Shown here piece after piece: positions 10,552 through 20,247 of a stretch of DNA of 64,000 bases. How positions within the stretch are numbered: position 1 is the stretch's first letter; every line of letters begins with the position of its first letter. The translations under genes and the position numbers were made by a program. The notes beneath the pieces are model-generated. The model did not search any database. It was given only the letters and a program-made list of their open reading frames with translations, and was not told where the DNA came from. This DNA is from Polyangiaceae bacterium (GTDB taxonomy: Bacteria; Myxococcota_A; Polyangia; Polyangiales; Polyangiaceae), in the NCBI GenBank assembly GCA_044376115.1, contig JBILLK010000018.1:151338-215337 (forward strand), given 5' to 3'.

Positions 10552-11642
10552 CACTCGTGACCTATGTTGCGAAGTACGGGGACTACCTCGTCGGCATCGC
10601 GGATCGCCACGGAACCACCTGGCAGGAGATCTGGAACCACCCGCTCAACGCCGAGCACCGTCAGAAGCGCGTCTCGCCAGACATTCTCTATCCAGGCGAC
10701 GTGCTGCATGTGCCCGCCGTCGTGTCACCCGGTCCGCCTGGACCAGCAGCCCCGCAGCCTGCGCAGCCCCCTCCGTCTTTGGATGAGCCACCTCCGTGGC
10801 CCTATCCTCCTCCTCCGCCTCGCCTGGGGCTTCCGTCGGTGCCGACTTGGGTTTGTCCCGAGGGGACTTGCACCTGCGCTGGTGGGCACGCCAAGGTTGA
10901 GCCCATCAAGCACACGGTCTTCTTGTTCGATGAGCAGTCAAGGCGCATTCCGCATGCGCAATGCCGTGTGCACGTGTCGGGTGCCGAGCTTGCTTCGCCC
11001 ACGGTCGCTGATGGATCGGGCGCGATCACCTTCGAGGTCTCGCCAACGCTGACCAGCGTAATCATCGAGTGGGCGCCGCGCGACGTACCCACGCGCGCCA
11101 CCCTCCCATTTCGCAGGCTTTATCACCTCGACCCCGGAGGCCCGGATCGAGAGGGGGTCAGGCGTAGGCTCCACCACGTTGGAGTCTCTGGCGGACACTT
11201 TCTCGAGGAGCAAATCCGCGACTTCCAAGAAGCCTATGGGCTTCCCGTCGACGGTCAGGTCGCTTCGGTTACGGGGCCGCTGCTCGCCTACCACGACGGA
11301 GCTTCGCTCCCGCCCCTCGACCATCGTCATGCTCCCCTCGCACCCGAGCCGCACGGCCCGCACCAGGGCGCGGTCTCGGGTGTCAGCCTAAGCGCCTGTC
11401 ACGTCTCGCTCCAGCTCCTCGACTCGCGGAACGAGCCCATCGCCGGCGCGCCCTTCGTATTGGATATAGGAGCAGGAAGGGTTTTCGAGGGGATAACAGA
11501 CGCAGAAGGGAGGCTCGAGTTCGGCCAAGTCGAAGCTGGCGATTACCCGCTTCAAGTCGCCGGGCAGAGTGGGCACGTCCCGGCGATTCGAACGACCGAG
11601 CACCACCGGCCAATTGTCTTCAGCGGAGGAAGGTCGTCGTGA
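10548..11642 (+). CDS. LysM-domain carrier protein 2 (LysM, PG-binding-like, C-terminal transthyretin-like domain; no toxin domain)
   Basis: MTLVTYVAKYGDYLVGIADRHG, PWPYP..PTWVCPEGTCTC and VRRRLHHVG..IRDFQEAYGLPVDG; ends in LLDSRNEPIAGAPF...GITDAEGRL. Confidence 0.75.
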   Translation: MTLVTYVAKYGDYLVGIADRHGTTWQEIWNHPLNAEHRQKRVSPDILYPGDVLHVPAVVSPGPPGPAAPQPAQPPPSLDEPPPWPYPPPPPRLGLPSVPTWVCPEGTCTCAGGHAKVEPIKHTVFLFDEQSRRIPHAQCRVHVSGAELASPTVADGSGAITFEVSPTLTSVIIEWAPRDVPTRATLPFRRLYHLDPGGPDREGVRRRLHHVGVSGGHFLEEQIRDFQEAYGLPVDGQVASVTGPLLAYHDGASLPPLDHRHAPLAPEPHGPHQGAVSGVSLSACHVSLQLLDSRNEPIAGAPFVLDIGAGRVFEGITDAEGRLEFGQVEAGDYPLQVAGQSGHVPAIRTTEHHRPIVFSGGRSS

Positions 11643-12841
11643 GCAAGAACCTAGCGCTGTCTCTGATCGGGCCTTGGAAGTCGACCAACATCGCGACGCA
11701 CCTCGACACGGTGAAGATCGAGTTCACCGATCCGCCGGACGACGCCGACGACGTGGTGATCACGATTCGCGATCTTACCCATGTGGATGTGGATAAGGGC
11801 CGCAGGCATGTCTTCGCGACCGACTTCTTGATCATCAAGGGACACATCCGCGGCGGGAAGTTCCTGTATGCAAGCCACACTGCGGAGAATCCGGTCGACC
11901 CGGACAATTCCAAGCTCCACGAGATGCAGGTGACCTTCGAGGCGCCAGATCAGAAGACCAAGATCGAAACGCGGCTGCCCGATTATGCACCGAACGACCA
12001 CATGGTGGTGTCGCACCGCCTCAAGTGGCTTACCGAGGGCCGCGTAGGCGCATCGATCCAGTCGATGGAAGGCAGGGCCAGCTTCCGAGCACACTACAAG
12101 TGCGCGATGATCGTTCCGACGGGCAATGCGCCGACGGTGGCCATCGGCGAGCGAGATCCTTCGCTGCCGTTGCTAAACAAGTGGGCGACCCAATGGGAGA
12201 AGCATCTGCCGGATCTGCGGAAGAAGGTCGTGCTTAGGACCGTCTCCTTCCCGCCGCGCGCACTTACGGATCAGGACTACGCGCCGCTCGTGAAGGCCTT
12301 CCAGGAGGCCGCTGACTTCGCAAAACATGGCGTTATCGCACTGGCTGTCGGGCACGGCGATCAGGGCAATACGAACCCGGCGAGCCCTGGCGACCCCTGG
12401 CTCGATATCAGCGCGGAAGACGGCGTGGAGTTGGATGCGGAGCGGCAGATCAGCGGCATCTTCCATCAGCTCTTCGTCGACGAGCTCGAGCTAAAGGAGA
12501 TGAGGGAGCCAACTATCAAGGGGATCAAGCACACGGCCGGGGCGAACACAGTGATCAAACGCAACGCCCTCAACGCGATACGCGCGATCCTAACCAAGCG
12601 AGAGGTGCGGTTGCTCTTGCTGCACACGTGCACCTTGGGCGCGAACCCGGCATTCGTCCAGCTCCTTAGCGATCGGCTGCAAGTCCGCATCCGGGCGCAC
12701 AAGGCCCATGTGACGTACATTGGCTCAACACCGATTGCGGCGAGCTACGAGGACGACCCTCCCTTGCCTCAGGGTGACCACGAGTGGCCGATGAGCCAGC
12801 TGGCCTTCGAGGTCGCCCCAGGCGAGGTGCCTTCGCCATGA
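11639..12841 (+). CDS. Hypothetical protein with clan CD (caspase-like/DUF4347-like) His-Cys motif; effector candidate
   Basis: IALAVGHG...LLLLHTCTLG..AFVQLLSDRL pattern; GTGA and ATGA coupling to both neighbours. Confidence 0.6.
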   Translation: MSKNLALSLIGPWKSTNIATHLDTVKIEFTDPPDDADDVVITIRDLTHVDVDKGRRHVFATDFLIIKGHIRGGKFLYASHTAENPVDPDNSKLHEMQVTFEAPDQKTKIETRLPDYAPNDHMVVSHRLKWLTEGRVGASIQSMEGRASFRAHYKCAMIVPTGNAPTVAIGERDPSLPLLNKWATQWEKHLPDLRKKVVLRTVSFPPRALTDQDYAPLVKAFQEAADFAKHGVIALAVGHGDQGNTNPASPGDPWLDISAEDGVELDAERQISGIFHQLFVDELELKEMREPTIKGIKHTAGANTVIKRNALNAIRAILTKREVRLLLLHTCTLGANPAFVQLLSDRLQVRIRAHKAHVTYIGSTPIAASYEDDPPLPQGDHEWPMSQLAFEVAPGEVPSP

Positions 12842-14289
12842 CGTTGCGGAGGGTCGCGGCTCGCCTGCCGCCCGCGCTTGCGCTCTTGGCAGGCTGCAGT
12901 CCTGCAGCGGCGCCCCACGTGGTCTCGCACGAGGTGGAGAGCCCCGCCGCCTCGCATAAGGCGGCCTCGCACGAGGTGGCCTCGCACGAGGTGAAGAGCC
13001 CCGCCTCGCTGGTCGCCGCGTGGTCGGTCGACATTGGCTTCGGCTTCAAGGGGACATTCCCGTCGCGCTGCGACTTCCCCGCGCTGCTGGTCGACGCGGA
13101 GGATCACGTGATCTTCGCTGGCAGACACGACGCTATTAGCAGGGACCACGAGTACGCACTCTTTCGCGGCCACGCCGATGGACGTATCGAGCGGGTGACG
13201 CTCGGGCCAAAGACGGAACAGGCGGGCGAGATCCTGGCGCTCGTGCTCCGCAAGGACGGGTTGTTGGCGGCGACGCTGCTCCGCAACGGTGCCGGACTCG
13301 AGCTCTCCTCGCGGCCCGCGTTGGGACAGCCCCCCACCGAGCGACGCTGGATTGCCGGCGCAGACCGGGCCTGGCCGCTCTCGGAAGGGCGCTGGCTCAT
13401 CGTCGATGGAGCTCCGAGCCACGCCGTCACGACCCTCGACTGGCCATCGGCGACCCCGGCCCGGACGTCCCGGCCACTCCCCAACGCGCCGGCGCACTTT
13501 GGCGATGTCTACGATCTGGCCACGCAGGGCTCGAGGTGGGCCGCGCGAGGCGAAGGGAAGCTAAAAACACAATTGAGCGTCATCGACGGCGAGACCTTCT
13601 CCTGGTCGTTTGAGGAGACCTTCACCTCGACCGATCACGCCTTTGACGACGATGGCGGCCTGTGGATCTCGGCATTCACGAACCAAGAGCTCTGGCCCGG
13701 AGGGCTCGGCGCCGCGCGGTTCCCCAAGCCGCCGCGCATGCCCGCCGATGTGCTGAAGGCGCTCAACGACAAACCTCGGGGCTCTCCCGGCCATATCATC
13801 GTCGCCGAAGAGCGCATTTGGTCTTTGTTCGGATTTGCGCTCAGACGCGTGGGCATGAATCCGGACCGGACGATCCACACCAAGGACATCACCGACGGGC
13901 TCATGCTGAGGTACACGCGGGAAGGCCAACTCGCTGCCGAGATCCACTACCCTGCCACGGCCATCGTCTGGCCGGGGCCGCTCCTGCCTGAGAACCACGG
14001 GATGACCGCAGCCATCCACGTCGAGGGCGAGGTACCAGCCGCCCTCCGGGGCCACCCCGACCTGCCCGAAGGCTTTGTCGGCGCTACTCTGCTGGTCCAC
14101 TACGACACTCGCGGTCGCGAGGTATGGAGCGCCCCGTTGGGTGCGGGCGAACGCCAGGTTACGAATCTCGCCAAGACCTCGGACGGCTACGTGACCATCA
14201 CCCTCGAAGAGTCGGGCCGCTGCCACCTCAGCCGTTGGCGGCTCCAAGTAGGAGCACAAGCAGCGTTGCCCTCGTCGGTCAGACCCTGA
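12838..14289 (+). CDS. Lipoprotein, putative immunity protein (copy 1)
   Basis: ATG 12838 overlaps the upstream stop; LLAGC lipobox; SHEV short repeats; near-identical to 14500..15954. Confidence 0.75.
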   Translation: MTLRRVAARLPPALALLAGCSPAAAPHVVSHEVESPAASHKAASHEVASHEVKSPASLVAAWSVDIGFGFKGTFPSRCDFPALLVDAEDHVIFAGRHDAISRDHEYALFRGHADGRIERVTLGPKTEQAGEILALVLRKDGLLAATLLRNGAGLELSSRPALGQPPTERRWIAGADRAWPLSEGRWLIVDGAPSHAVTTLDWPSATPARTSRPLPNAPAHFGDVYDLATQGSRWAARGEGKLKTQLSVIDGETFSWSFEETFTSTDHAFDDDGGLWISAFTNQELWPGGLGAARFPKPPRMPADVLKALNDKPRGSPGHIIVAEERIWSLFGFALRRVGMNPDRTIHTKDITDGLMLRYTREGQLAAEIHYPATAIVWPGPLLPENHGMTAAIHVEGEVPAALRGHPDLPEGFVGATLLVHYDTRGREVWSAPLGAGERQVTNLAKTSDGYVTITLEESGRCHLSRWRLQVGAQAALPSSVRP

Positions 14290-14290
14290 C
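14259..14290 (+). repeat. 32-bp direct repeat, left copy (partner 22939..22970)
   Basis: AGCAGCGTTGCCCTCGTCGGTCAGACCCTGAC vs AGCACCGTTGCCTTCCTCGGTCAGACCCTGAC, 29/32 identical by manual alignment. Confidence 0.8.
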
Positions 14291-14499
14291 TCGAACGCGG
14301 CGTGCTTGAAGGCATCGAGCACAACCCGCTAGCTGTTGGCGACAGTTACATCCAACGCACCTTGGTCCCGGCCGCAGCTGGCCTCCCGCTCCCATCTCGT
14401 CTCGAGGCCCAGACGCTTGACACTCCAAACTCGAAACGGGACGCTCGCGGGGTGTTGCAGACCGGCCTTCGAGGTCGCCCCAGGCGCGGTGCCTTCTCC

Positions 14500-15954
14500 A
14501 TGACGGTGCGGAGGGTCGCGACTCGTCTGCCGCCCGCGCTTGCGCTCTTGGCTGGCTGCAATCCTGCAGCGGCGCCCCACGTGGCCGCGCACGAGGTCGA
14601 GAGCCCCGCCGCCTCGCATGAGGCGGCCTCGCACGAGGTGGCCTTGCACGAGGTGGAGAGCCCCGCCTCGCTGGTCGCCGCGTGGTCGGTCGACATTGGC
14701 TTCGGCTTCGAGGGGTCACGGAGCTGCGACTTCCCCGTGCTGCTGGTCGACGCGGAGGATCGCGTGCTTTTCGCAGGCAACGCCTACAACGCGAACAGCG
14801 GGGGCCGCGAGCACGCTCTCTTTCGCGGCCACGCCGATGGACGTATCGAGCGGGTGACGCTCGGGCCAAAGACGGAACAGGCGGGCGAGATCGTTTCGCT
14901 CGTGCTCCGCAAGGACCGGGTGTTGGCGGCGACGCTGCTCCGCAACGGTGCCGGACTCAAGCTCACCTCGCGGCCCGCGTTGGGACAGCCCGCCACCGAG
15001 CGACGCTGGATTGCCGGCGCAGACCGGGCCTGGCCGCTCTCGGAGGGGCGCTGGCTCATCGTCGATGGAGCTCCGAGCCACACCGTCACAACCCTCGACT
15101 GGCCAGCGGCGACCCTGGCCCGCACGTCCCAGCCACTCCCCGACGCGCCGGCGCACTTTCGCGATGTCTACGATCTGGCCACGCAGGGCTCGAGGTGGGC
15201 CGCGCGAGGCGCCACGCGAGGCGAAGGGGAGCTAAAAACACACTTGAGCGTCATCGACGGCGAGACCTTCGCCTGGTCGTTTGAGGAGGCCTTCACCTCG
15301 ACCGATCACGCCTTTGATGACGATGGCGGCCTGTGGATCTCGGCATTCACTTACCAAGAGCACTGGCCCGGCGGGCTCGGTGCGGCGCGGTTCCCCAAGC
15401 CGCCGCGCATGCCCGCCGACGTGCTGAAGGCGCTCAACGACAAACCTCGGGGCTCGCCCGGCCATATCATCGTCGCCGAAGAGCGCATTTGGTCTTTGTT
15501 CGGATTTGCGCTCAGACGCGTGGGCATGAATCCCGACCGGACCATCCATACCAAGGACATCACCGACGGGCTCATGCTGAGGTACACGCGGGAAGGCCAA
15601 CTCGCTGCCGAGATCCACTACCCTGCCACGGCCATCGTCTGGCCGGGGCCGCTCCTGCCCGAGAACCACGGGATGACTGCAGCCATCCACGTCGAGGGCG
15701 AGGTACCAGCCGCCCTCCGGGGCCACCCCGATCTGCCCGAAGGATTTGTCGGCGCTACTCTGCTGGTCCACTACGACACTCGCGGTCGCGAGGTATGGAG
15801 CGCCCCGTTGGGTGCGGGCGAACGCGTGGTCAAGAAGCTCGCCAAGACCTCGGACGGCTACGTGACCATCACCCTCGAAGAGTCGGGCCGCTGCCACCTC
15901 AGCCGTTGGCGCCTCCAAGGAGGCGGATCAACGTACCGCGGAGGCGCGCGATGA
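14500..15954 (+). CDS. Lipoprotein, putative immunity protein (copy 2)
   Basis: ATG 14500 (MTVRRVATRLPPALALLAGC); paralog of 12838..14289. Confidence 0.75.
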   Translation: MTVRRVATRLPPALALLAGCNPAAAPHVAAHEVESPAASHEAASHEVALHEVESPASLVAAWSVDIGFGFEGSRSCDFPVLLVDAEDRVLFAGNAYNANSGGREHALFRGHADGRIERVTLGPKTEQAGEIVSLVLRKDRVLAATLLRNGAGLKLTSRPALGQPATERRWIAGADRAWPLSEGRWLIVDGAPSHTVTTLDWPAATLARTSQPLPDAPAHFRDVYDLATQGSRWAARGATRGEGELKTHLSVIDGETFAWSFEEAFTSTDHAFDDDGGLWISAFTYQEHWPGGLGAARFPKPPRMPADVLKALNDKPRGSPGHIIVAEERIWSLFGFALRRVGMNPDRTIHTKDITDGLMLRYTREGQLAAEIHYPATAIVWPGPLLPENHGMTAAIHVEGEVPAALRGHPDLPEGFVGATLLVHYDTRGREVWSAPLGAGERVVKKLAKTSDGYVTITLEESGRCHLSRWRLQGGGSTYRGGAR

Positions 15955-18164
15955 CACTCTTGACCTACGTTGTGAAGTACGGCGATTGGTTGGCGAAGAT
16001 CGCTGAAGACCACGGCTCCACGGTCGCAGCGATCTGGAGCCACCCTGGGAATGCGGCGCATCGTGCCAAACGGGGCTCGCCCGACGTGCTCTACCCGGGC
16101 GACGTTTTGCAGATACCCGTTGCGGCGCCGCTCTCACCTCCAGCGCCGATCGAGCCGCCGCCCGCCGTACCACCTGCGACTGCACCGGCCGCTGCAGGCC
16201 CAGTGCCTGAGCTGCCCTGGCCCTATCCAGACTATGAAGGTCCGTTCTCCAGCAAGCCTACCTGGGAGTGCCCCGGCGGAACGTGCCAATGTCACCCGGT
16301 ACCAGAGGACGAACCGCTGGAAGCGCATGTGATCGTGTGCTTCGACCCGCAGGGCGTTCGCATGCCTGGCGCGCGGTGCCGGGTGGTCGAGGCGGGGCGA
16401 GTGATCACGCCTGATCCCACGATGACAGACAGCGCCGGGGAGCTTCGTGTTGAGCTGCGTGCGTCAACGTCGAGCGTGCGCGTGGAGTGGGCGCCGTCGA
16501 ATCTACCGCCGCACGACTTCCTTCCCTACCGCAAGATCTACCACGTGAAGATGGGCGACGACGCTGGCGACGTGGGCCTCGAGCGACGCCTCGCCAACCT
16601 CGGGTTCTCGCGCGGAAGGCGTCTTGATGACAACGTGCGCGACTACCAGCGCGCGTACGGTCGCGAGCCCACCGGCAGGGCCAGCGATATCCGTCTCGAG
16701 GTGCTTGAACGTCACGACAGCGGCGGCGTTGGGGTCTTTCAACCACACCCGGCCCAGGAGGGATCCCCTGTGCAAGGCATGTCCCAGCGGTCGTTGTTCG
16801 CGAGCCCCCAACCTCGCCCTCGCGAGGACGCACCCAAGCTCGGGTTTGCCCCCGACGCCGACAGCGACGTTGGGTCGGGTCCCTCCGCTAGCAGCGGTGC
16901 TGGCGACAAGACCGAAACAGGTCAGAACACCAAGGGCTCTACGGTGCCGGACGCGAGCAACATGCTGCTCGCCGTCGCGCTCGAAGGAGACTTTCCGATC
17001 CTGGACCCGAGACAGATCCAGTTGAAGGTGCGGGCGCTCAACGTCCCCGGCATGACCGACAAGCAGCGCGGGGAGGATGTGAAACCGACGGTTGATGGCA
17101 CGCCTGTTCCGAAGGGCACCATGGACGGGATCGGCTGGCCGGACCACCTGATGTACGGGTTCAAGGATATTCCCACCGGGCGCTACAAGATCTCGGTCTT
17201 CGTGGCGTCAGTCGCTAATGCGTCCGGCCAGGGCACGACGTGGGCTCTCGGCTACACCGAGGTTGAGCTCAAGATGGGCCTGCTCACGACGGCCTATGTG
17301 GGTATGAAGCGCTCGCATCCTGTGCATAACATTGATGATCCCATCCTCGACGTAGATTGTCCGCCGATGCAAATGCGAAGAAAGATGCTGGCGACTCTCT
17401 ACAATCTTCTTCCAATGTCGCAGGACTTCAAGGCGGCCGAGAAGGGGATCCACCCGCCCTACGGACAAGGCTCTTACAAACCAATGTACCTGGGTGGCGT
17501 GGTCATCGTGAACGGCAAGCCGAAGGGCGAGAACACCTGCGCGGCCATGAATGGTTGTGGCATCCAGAAGTCTGGTGCGTCCGGTTTTGGAAAGGACATG
17601 AAGGAGCACCCGAGCTTCGTCCGCTACGCGCCTGGCACCGCCCCAAGCATCGGAGACACCGCCTACTACGGCACCGACGCCGAGTTCAAGCACATGGGAA
17701 TCGTCGTCCACTCGGACCCCGAGAGCGGCAACTACTGGGTTGGCGCGGACGGCGGCCAGCCCGACCGGACGAGCGAATTCAAGAAGAGTACGACGGGCGT
17801 CTGGGGGCGCTTCCACAACGAGCCTGACTACACGAAGGAGGACTCACGCGAGTCAGCCTGGTTCACTCCACGATGGTTTCATATCAAGACACCGGAAAAC
17901 GAATCCCCAACGCCGTATGTCGTCAACGCGTGGACAAGGCCAGTGCTCGACGCAAAGACGTTTGGCTATCAAGTTGTAGGCTGGTCGGATCTAACGCATT
18001 CAAGCCGCCCCTTCCTGCGCAGCGCCTACGACAAGCAGAACTCGGAGGCTGCCTACAGGGCTTGCAAGGCGCGTATCAGGAACGTGCTCGCCGCAGCGCT
18101 AGCAGACCGCGCGGTTTGCCAAGCCTTTGCCGATGCAAAAGACGGCGGGGCGAAGACGCCATGA
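15951..18164 (+). CDS. LysM-domain T6SS effector candidate 3 with C-terminal NlpC/P60-like amidase domain
   Basis: ATG 15951 (MTLLTYVVKYGDWLAKIAEDHG). N-terminal half is highly similar to 2865..5063. C-terminus has ENTC...PSIGD...KHMGIV...ADGGQ. Confidence 0.78.
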   Translation: MTLLTYVVKYGDWLAKIAEDHGSTVAAIWSHPGNAAHRAKRGSPDVLYPGDVLQIPVAAPLSPPAPIEPPPAVPPATAPAAAGPVPELPWPYPDYEGPFSSKPTWECPGGTCQCHPVPEDEPLEAHVIVCFDPQGVRMPGARCRVVEAGRVITPDPTMTDSAGELRVELRASTSSVRVEWAPSNLPPHDFLPYRKIYHVKMGDDAGDVGLERRLANLGFSRGRRLDDNVRDYQRAYGREPTGRASDIRLEVLERHDSGGVGVFQPHPAQEGSPVQGMSQRSLFASPQPRPREDAPKLGFAPDADSDVGSGPSASSGAGDKTETGQNTKGSTVPDASNMLLAVALEGDFPILDPRQIQLKVRALNVPGMTDKQRGEDVKPTVDGTPVPKGTMDGIGWPDHLMYGFKDIPTGRYKISVFVASVANASGQGTTWALGYTEVELKMGLLTTAYVGMKRSHPVHNIDDPILDVDCPPMQMRRKMLATLYNLLPMSQDFKAAEKGIHPPYGQGSYKPMYLGGVVIVNGKPKGENTCAAMNGCGIQKSGASGFGKDMKEHPSFVRYAPGTAPSIGDTAYYGTDAEFKHMGIVVHSDPESGNYWVGADGGQPDRTSEFKKSTTGVWGRFHNEPDYTKEDSRESAWFTPRWFHIKTPENESPTPYVVNAWTRPVLDAKTFGYQVVGWSDLTHSSRPFLRSAYDKQNSEAAYRACKARIRNVLAAALADRAVCQAFADAKDGGAKTP

Positions 18165-19168
18165 GGGGGCTTCTCAACACCATAGTCGTCGTCCTGGCGA
18201 CACCTTGCATCGGAGTCATTCTGGCGTGTCGTGCCACGGGCCCAGCTGATCGAGAGCGCCCGTCTCCCGTCGCTGAAGGCAACTCGGGAGCAGCTTCGGC
18301 CCGGGTCGAGGCCGGGCCGAGCACCCCGCACTCGATTCCCAGCGCCTCAACTCCGATTCCCAGCGCCTTGGCTTCGTCAGCGCCCGGCGCGGAGCCCGCC
18401 ACCGCACCCGTCGACGACATGGTGCACATCCTGGCGGTCAGCTTCTGGATGGGCTGCGCCAAGACCGACACCATGTGCGCGGAGGACGAGAAGCCGCGAC
18501 ACCGTGTGTCGCTTGATGCGTACTATCTAGACAGGAACGAGGTCACCGTTCGCGATTTTCGTCTGTTCTGCGGCGAACGGTGCCGGGCTGAGACGAGCTC
18601 TGAACCGATAGACAAAGATCGGCGGCTTACATGCAACTGGGGCGCCGGGCGCGAGCTGCACCCGGTAACTTGCGTCGACCCGTACTCAGCCAAGGCCTAC
18701 TGCAAACGGCTCGGCAAGCGGCTTCCCACCGAAGCCGAGTGGGAATACGCCGCGCGCGGCAAGGACGAGCGGCTCACTCCGTGGGGCGTCACCAACCCAG
18801 GAGAAGTGCGATGCCGCGAGCTCCATTCAACGTGCCCGGTGGGCTCTTTCCCAGACGGGGCATCGCCCTTCGGTGTGCTCGATATGGCGGGCAACGCCGC
18901 GGAGTTGGTGTCCGACACCTATCACAAGGGCTTCTACTCGATTTCTCCGCTCAAGAACCCGATCGGACCAACAACGCCCATCCCGTTTGGCTACAAGGCG
19001 TGCGGCGACGCGGACTGCTTCGCGGTCCGCGGAGGCAGCTTTCGTTCAAGCGAAGCGGAGATCCGGACGACCGCCCGCGCCTACTCCGAGTCCGGCGGTG
19101 TGGACATTGGCTTTCGTTGTGCGCGAAGCAGCGAGCCAGCGAAAGCAGCTCCGGCCCCGAAGCCGTGA
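18161..19168 (+). CDS. FGE-sulfatase (SUMF1-like) domain lipoprotein, putative immunity protein
   Basis: ATG 18161 with VILAC lipobox; EVT, KRLPTEAEWEYAARG, SPFGVLDMAGNAAE, VRGGSF and IGFRCAR motifs. Confidence 0.85.
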   Translation: MRGLLNTIVVVLATPCIGVILACRATGPADRERPSPVAEGNSGAASARVEAGPSTPHSIPSASTPIPSALASSAPGAEPATAPVDDMVHILAVSFWMGCAKTDTMCAEDEKPRHRVSLDAYYLDRNEVTVRDFRLFCGERCRAETSSEPIDKDRRLTCNWGAGRELHPVTCVDPYSAKAYCKRLGKRLPTEAEWEYAARGKDERLTPWGVTNPGEVRCRELHSTCPVGSFPDGASPFGVLDMAGNAAELVSDTYHKGFYSISPLKNPIGPTTPIPFGYKACGDADCFAVRGGSFRSSEAEIRTTARAYSESGGVDIGFRCARSSEPAKAAPAPKP

Positions 19169-19184
19169 ACGGACTTAGGATGAA

Positions 19185-19252
19185 CACATCGTCGATGCAG
19201 AGCTGCCAGCGCACTTGGGCGCACCGCGAAGGTCGTCGGGACCTCGCCATGA
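19185..19252 (+). pseudogene. 3' remnant of a fourth copy of the tandem lipoprotein gene
   Basis: Reads VDAELPAHLG-(1-nt gap)-TAKVVGTSP*, matching the C-terminus FDGILPPYLGGTAKVVGPSP* of the downstream copies. Confidence 0.6.
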
Positions 19253-20247
19253 GACGACGTCCGTTTCCCCGGCCCGGCGCTCTCCTGCTCCTCGTGATTC
19301 TGTCCGGGTGTGGAACGCCGCCAGCACCGCGGCGTGTCGAGGTGACGGAACCTGCACTTCCGATGAGCTTTGAATTCACCACAGCGAGCCCGCCTGCGAG
19401 CGCATCCTCGAATCCACCCGCCCCGGCAACCTCCGCGGTCGCGTCGAGTGCAACCCCTCCGACTCCAGCCGCAATCCCCTTTAGCGCCGAGGAGATCGCG
19501 GCGTTGACGACCGAGCGCCGAAGTCGACGAGTCTTCCGGCATGTGCTCGTCGGAAACATGCCCGGTGTTCGCCAACGCGACAGCTGGATGCTGAGCAAGG
19601 ATGGCCGGGAGCTCACGCTGACCTGTGAGCATGCCGACCCAGAAAGCATGGAGAACGTCGCAGAAGGCAACCCTGAACCGCCACGATGGGTCCTGGTTGG
19701 CAGCGCCTCATTCGTCGCTGCCGACCTCGTTCCAGGGCAAGCGATTGCAAGTCACTATCAGCGAACGGGGATCCGCGTGATCCCGAAGCCAGTGGACAAA
19801 GCCGATTGCGACCAGCGGGGCTACGATTGGTATGGATGCAACCAACGGTCTTGGACGACCTGCGGCGACATCGGCGAGGAGCTTGCGCTCGCCTGCACGC
19901 AAAGCAAACTTCCGCTCCTCGGCCCAAACGCCCTGGTCCACGCCGAGGGTTCGGGTGATGAGGGCTATGTGATTAGCTGGCGGCCGAGCGCTCGGCGCCC
20001 AGTGACAGGCCTTTCGTGCGTGGTCTCCGCCCCTCAAGGAGACCCCGACGCGTTTGACTACTACGACCTCACGGACGACTCGGCAAAGTCCATGTTGTTC
20101 TTTGCGGATCGGCCCGCGGTCGAGCGCTTGGTTCACTCGAGCGGGCTGCATTACGTCGGCTTCCGCGAGGCGGTGCTCAAACCCTTCGATGGAATCCTTC
20201 CACCGTACTTAGGCGGCACCGCGAAGGTCGTCGGGCCCTCGCCATGA
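19249..20247 (+). CDS. Lipoprotein, tandem copy A
   Basis: ATG 19249 (MRRRPFPRPGALLLLVILSGC); 995-bp unit nearly identical to the next gene. Confidence 0.8.
   Translation: MRRRPFPRPGALLLLVILSGCGTPPAPRRVEVTEPALPMSFEFTTASPPASASSNPPAPATSAVASSATPPTPAAIPFSAEEIAALTTERRSRRVFRHVLVGNMPGVRQRDSWMLSKDGRELTLTCEHADPESMENVAEGNPEPPRWVLVGSASFVAADLVPGQAIASHYQRTGIRVIPKPVDKADCDQRGYDWYGCNQRSWTTCGDIGEELALACTQSKLPLLGPNALVHAEGSGDEGYVISWRPSARRPVTGLSCVVSAPQGDPDAFDYYDLTDDSAKSMLFFADRPAVERLVHSSGLHYVGFREAVLKPFDGILPPYLGGTAKVVGPSP

Noticed and set aside
15333..15950. N-terminal extensions of ORF-track proteins (e.g. 943-aa ORF from 15333; also 2676, 14302, 17873, 18631, 43423, 52094)
   Set aside because: They overlap real upstream genes or intergenic DNA. 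Paralog alignment, lipoboxes and ATGA coupling point to later starts.
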